This document shows, one piece after another, positions 29,356-32,000 of a stretch of DNA of 32,000 bases (its first letter is position 1; every line of letters starts with the position of its first letter). Source of the stretch: Psychrobacter sp. HD31 (GTDB taxonomy: Bacteria > Pseudomonadota > Gammaproteobacteria > Pseudomonadales > Moraxellaceae); the NCBI RefSeq assembly GCF_051097895.1, contig NZ_CP142525.1, forward strand, positions 1,170,001 through 1,202,000. Direction: 5' to 3'. The position numbers and the translations under genes were made by a program. Under the pieces are notes generated by a model. The model saw only the letters and a program-made list of their open reading frames with translations. It did no database searches and had not been told where the DNA came from.

Positions 29356-30156
29356 TTATTTAGCAACCTCTATTTCTACTACCATATCCAACACATAAAC
29401 CAATTGCTTTCCCTTTACATCAATTGGGTCGGTTACATATTTTTTAACACGTAACAGTTTACGATACTGTGGGTCATGGCGATAACCTTTAATGGATTTA
29501 TCAAACAATCGCCACTCGCCGTAGCCTGATTTTAAGCTCTTATCGTCGTAATATACCTCACGTACTTTTAAACATTGATTATTAATACCGCTATAGCACG
29601 ACTGTATTTGTGGCGCAACTTCTAAAAATAGGGCTTCACCCTCACCATATTTGGCTTGGTCGGTTAACTCACCTTGCCAAGTTAGGGTTGAACCATTGGC
29701 TGTAGTCTGCATTAACTGATTGCCATTAACGGCAAGTTGACTGTCACCCGCCATTAAGCTACTTAAGGTTTGCTCAGCGGCATTTAAATCTGCACAGTAC
29801 ATTTGTGTACTTCTTACCATACCGGTTGTTAATGTACGGTTATTAAGTTGGTAGTGTGCATTCATCGAGTTACAGCCAACATCAAAGCTTGCTACGCCAT
29901 CGCTAAAGCTTAATTTAGCAGGCTTTTTTAAGCTAATTAACGTATCCATTTTTTGATTTTGTTTATTGACAGCCGCCTTTAGTGACCACTTATGATTCAT
30001 TAATACTGAATTAAGATTAGATGCTGCTGATGTAGGCATATCGTCAAATATTACCGCTTTTTGTTCAATCTCATTTGTAACAAAGTTTGGAGTTTGACAA
30101 GCAGATAAGCTGATTGCCACAAACATGGATACCACTAAATACTTCATTTGTTTCAT
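29356..30156 (-). CDS. Lipoprotein with META (HslJ-like) domain and DUF4377-like C-terminal domain
   Basis: 266 aa. The signal peptide with lipobox is VAISLSAC. LSFSDGVASFDVGCNSMNAHYQL is META-like. The Cys-containing C-terminal part (QSCYSGINNQCLKVREVYYDD) resembles DUF4377 (recalled, moderate certainty). Confidence 0.75.
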   Translation of the reverse strand: MKQMKYLVVSMFVAISLSACQTPNFVTNEIEQKAVIFDDMPTSAASNLNSVLMNHKWSLKAAVNKQNQKMDTLISLKKPAKLSFSDGVASFDVGCNSMNAHYQLNNRTLTTGMVRSTQMYCADLNAAEQTLSSLMAGDSQLAVNGNQLMQTTANGSTLTWQGELTDQAKYGEGEALFLEVAPQIQSCYSGINNQCLKVREVYYDDKSLKSGYGEWRLFDKSIKGYRHDPQYRKLLRVKKYVTDPIDVKGKQLVYVLDMVVEIEVAK

Positions 30157-30165
30157 TGTTATACC

Positions 30166-30798
30166 TTATGGCTTTTTCATGCCAAATTTTTCATTCATCC
30201 TGCTATAAAACCTTGCCACACCGTCACTTTGTTCTGTTGGTTTTACTTTATGCACACGCCCAAAATCTAATGCAAGATACAACACAATGTCAGCAAAACT
30301 AAGCGCATTATCTACCAAATAATCATGGTCTTTAAGAATCGCTTCAAAATATGGCAAGGCATCAACCGCTCTTTTTATCGACTTAGGCACAAACTCAGCC
30401 ACTTGCTCAACACGATGAGCTTTTGATGGATGACCATGCTGAAAAGCCAGCATATAGGGATATAAAACTTCTAACTCGGCAGCTCGTCTCATGGCACAAA
30501 CCTTAGCTCGATGCACGGCTCCCTGCCCCATAAGCGAGGTTTGTCCATAGGTTTTATCTAAATATTCACAAATGGCTTGCGAGTCATTAATAATAGTGCC
30601 ATCTTCTAACGTTAAGACTGGCACAAGCTTTAATGGGTTAATCCTCGCAAACTCATCTGTGCTTTGCTCATCTTTGGCAAAATCTACTTCTATTATCTGT
30701 AAATCATCTAAGTTATAAATATCCAAACCCTTGGCTTGCATTAACAAAATAGGTTTGCGTGGGTTTGGTGCATATTGATTAATATATAGTTTTTTCAT
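30166..30798 (-). CDS. Glutathione S-transferase family protein
   Basis: 210 aa. The GST_N thioredoxin-like motif is NPLKLVPVLTLEDGTIINDSQAICEYL. A helical C-terminal domain follows. Confidence 0.87.
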   Translation of the reverse strand: MKKLYINQYAPNPRKPILLMQAKGLDIYNLDDLQIIEVDFAKDEQSTDEFARINPLKLVPVLTLEDGTIINDSQAICEYLDKTYGQTSLMGQGAVHRAKVCAMRRAAELEVLYPYMLAFQHGHPSKAHRVEQVAEFVPKSIKRAVDALPYFEAILKDHDYLVDNALSFADIVLYLALDFGRVHKVKPTEQSDGVARFYSRMNEKFGMKKP

Positions 30799-30849
30799 CG
30801 TTAATTCCTTTTAACTTTGATTCATTAAATGTGATTCACCACTGGTTAA

Positions 30850-31194
30850 CTACATTGTTTTATTGCCATCAACAATATCCATACCTGCAGATTTAGCCCC
30901 CCTTGTGCCCCCTGTAAGGATGACAATATCTCGGCTACTATCTAAATCTTCTAATGTGTTTGCAGCCCTTGGTGCTTTACTGCCACCACCACAAAGTACA
31001 TACACGGTGCCTTGTGCGTTGTCTAAAGCTTGTTTATCAATACCGGCATTGATTGGTTGGTTACTTGCGCCAGAAATGTGCCCCTCAATATAGGCAGACT
31101 CATCTCGTACATCCCAAATATTGGCATCTTCTAGGCTAACTTTTTTATCAGCCAGCTCTTTGGCAAGCTCGGTTACTGGTAGTTCTCTTATCAT
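30850..31194 (-). CDS. Single-domain rhodanese-like sulfurtransferase
   Basis: 114 aa. IWDVRDESAYIEGHISGASN and the active-site loop VLCGGGSKAPRAA are present. Confidence 0.8.
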   Translation of the reverse strand: MIRELPVTELAKELADKKVSLEDANIWDVRDESAYIEGHISGASNQPINAGIDKQALDNAQGTVYVLCGGGSKAPRAANTLEDLDSSRDIVILTGGTRGAKSAGMDIVDGNKTM

Positions 31195-31334
31195 TTTTTA
31201 TCCTTTTAAATCATCACCCTTGCATAAAAACCCTTTATTGTTAAAGTCATAAGGGATGTTGGTTTTAGCAAGCGTAGTATTACTATTATTTATTTGGCAA
31301 ACCGCTCCGCACCCAACTGGTGGGCAGTAATCGC

Positions 31335-32000
31335 TTACAAGTTGGTAAGTGCACTCAACAAGCGTTCATTTTGCTTTGCTGTACCAATCGTAATACGTAA
31401 ATATTCATTGATTCTGGGCTTGTTAAAATAACGTACGATAATACCCTGCTCACGCAACACGCCTGCCACTTGTTCGGCATTGCCTTCACAAATATTGCTT
31501 GGCGGTTTAGCAAATATAAAGTTGGCATGGGAGTCTAACACCTCAAACCCCAAATGTTGGATACCGGCAGTTAACTCGTTGCGCAAATCAATCACTTGCT
31601 GACAAACTCCTTTAAAATAGGCGGTGTCTTCCAAACTTGCGACAGCGCCAGCTTGGGCTAAACGGTCAAGCGGATAGCTATTAAAGCTGTTTTTCATACG
31701 TGTTAACGCTTCAATTAAAGAAGGGTTAGCAAACGCCATACCCACTCGCAAGCCCGCCAAAGCACGAGACTTTGAGAATGTTTGAGTCACTAACAAATTG
31801 TCATATTTATCAATTAAACTCACAGCAGAAACAGGCTGACCATCACTACTCACGGCAAAATCAATGTAGGCTTCGTCAATAACCACCACAGAGTTTGAGT
31901 GCTCCGAACATAGTTTTTCTACAACTGCTAATGACATCAACATGCCTGTTGGTGCATTAGGATTAGCAATAATGATACCCCCGCTTGGCTGTCGATAGTC
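31335..32000 (-). CDS. hisC: Histidinol-phosphate aminotransferase, C-terminal part (5' end beyond the right edge)
   Basis: The reading frame is open from 32000 (…ANPNAPTGMLMS…). VVIDEAYIDF and the PLP-lysine motif QTFSKSRALAGLRVG are present. The ORF-track entry 31335..31943 is only the part after an internal Met. Confidence 0.9.
   Translation of the reverse strand, partial: DYRQPSGGIIIANPNAPTGMLMSLAVVEKLCSEHSNSVVVIDEAYIDFAVSSDGQPVSAVSLIDKYDNLLVTQTFSKSRALAGLRVGMAFANPSLIEALTRMKNSFNSYPLDRLAQAGAVASLEDTAYFKGVCQQVIDLRNELTAGIQHLGFEVLDSHANFIFAKPPSNICEGNAEQVAGVLREQGIIVRYFNKPRINEYLRITIGTAKQNERLLSALTNL

Noticed and set aside
29347-29358. The META lipoprotein gene and mcrB share a reading frame separated only by TAA-TCG-GAC, considered as a possible read-through fusion
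   Set aside because: A secreted lipoprotein fused to a cytoplasmic GTPase makes no biological sense. It is most simply a compact gene junction, and it is noted only as context.

Overview
Chromosomal window from a moderately AT-rich gammaproteobacterium. Hand-counted lines give about 40-50% GC in core genes. The gene content and the hisIE-tatABC synteny look Pseudomonadales/Moraxellaceae-like, but that placement is inference. I can support about 36 protein genes, a Pro-Arg-His tRNA operon and several intrinsic terminators. I saw no rRNA, CRISPR array, transposase or integrase.

Most of the window is housekeeping:
- pheT (5' end), pheS, rplT, rpmI
- hisIE, tatA, tatB, tatC
- flavodoxin, a Cof-type HAD hydrolase, accA, ppx/gppA
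- nitronate monooxygenase-like oxidoreductase, fadH, a FadL-family outer membrane protein
- two tandem DUF442/TIGR01244 paralogs
- pilW, pilV, a ComF-family protein, pldA, a DUF3465 protein, dsbD
- a META-domain lipoprotein, a GST, a rhodanese, hisC (3' part)

Observations that deserve a second look:
1. A McrBC-type GTPase/nuclease pair at 26522..29349. Its McrB has no N-terminal DNA-reader domain. Instead it carries an insertion of about 145 residues between Walker A and the FHxxYxYDEF motif. A 125-nt spacer holding a 30-codon SD-preceded ORF separates mcrB from mcrC. The pair sits at native GC between a lipoprotein gene and the tRNA promoter.
2. A two-gene cassette of about 30-35% GC (HD-domain phosphohydrolase plus a 3-TM miniprotein) splits the normally contiguous pheS-pheT pair.
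3. A low-GC, strongly acidic orphan gene ends 4 bp from tatC, next to an orphan Fbh1/UvrD-like SF1 helicase.
4. A tightly packed pldA-comF-pilV-pilW gene string ends after pilW.
5. An unrecognised 323-aa gene overlaps the start of dsbD.

All functional calls rest on motif recognition by eye. No database search was run.
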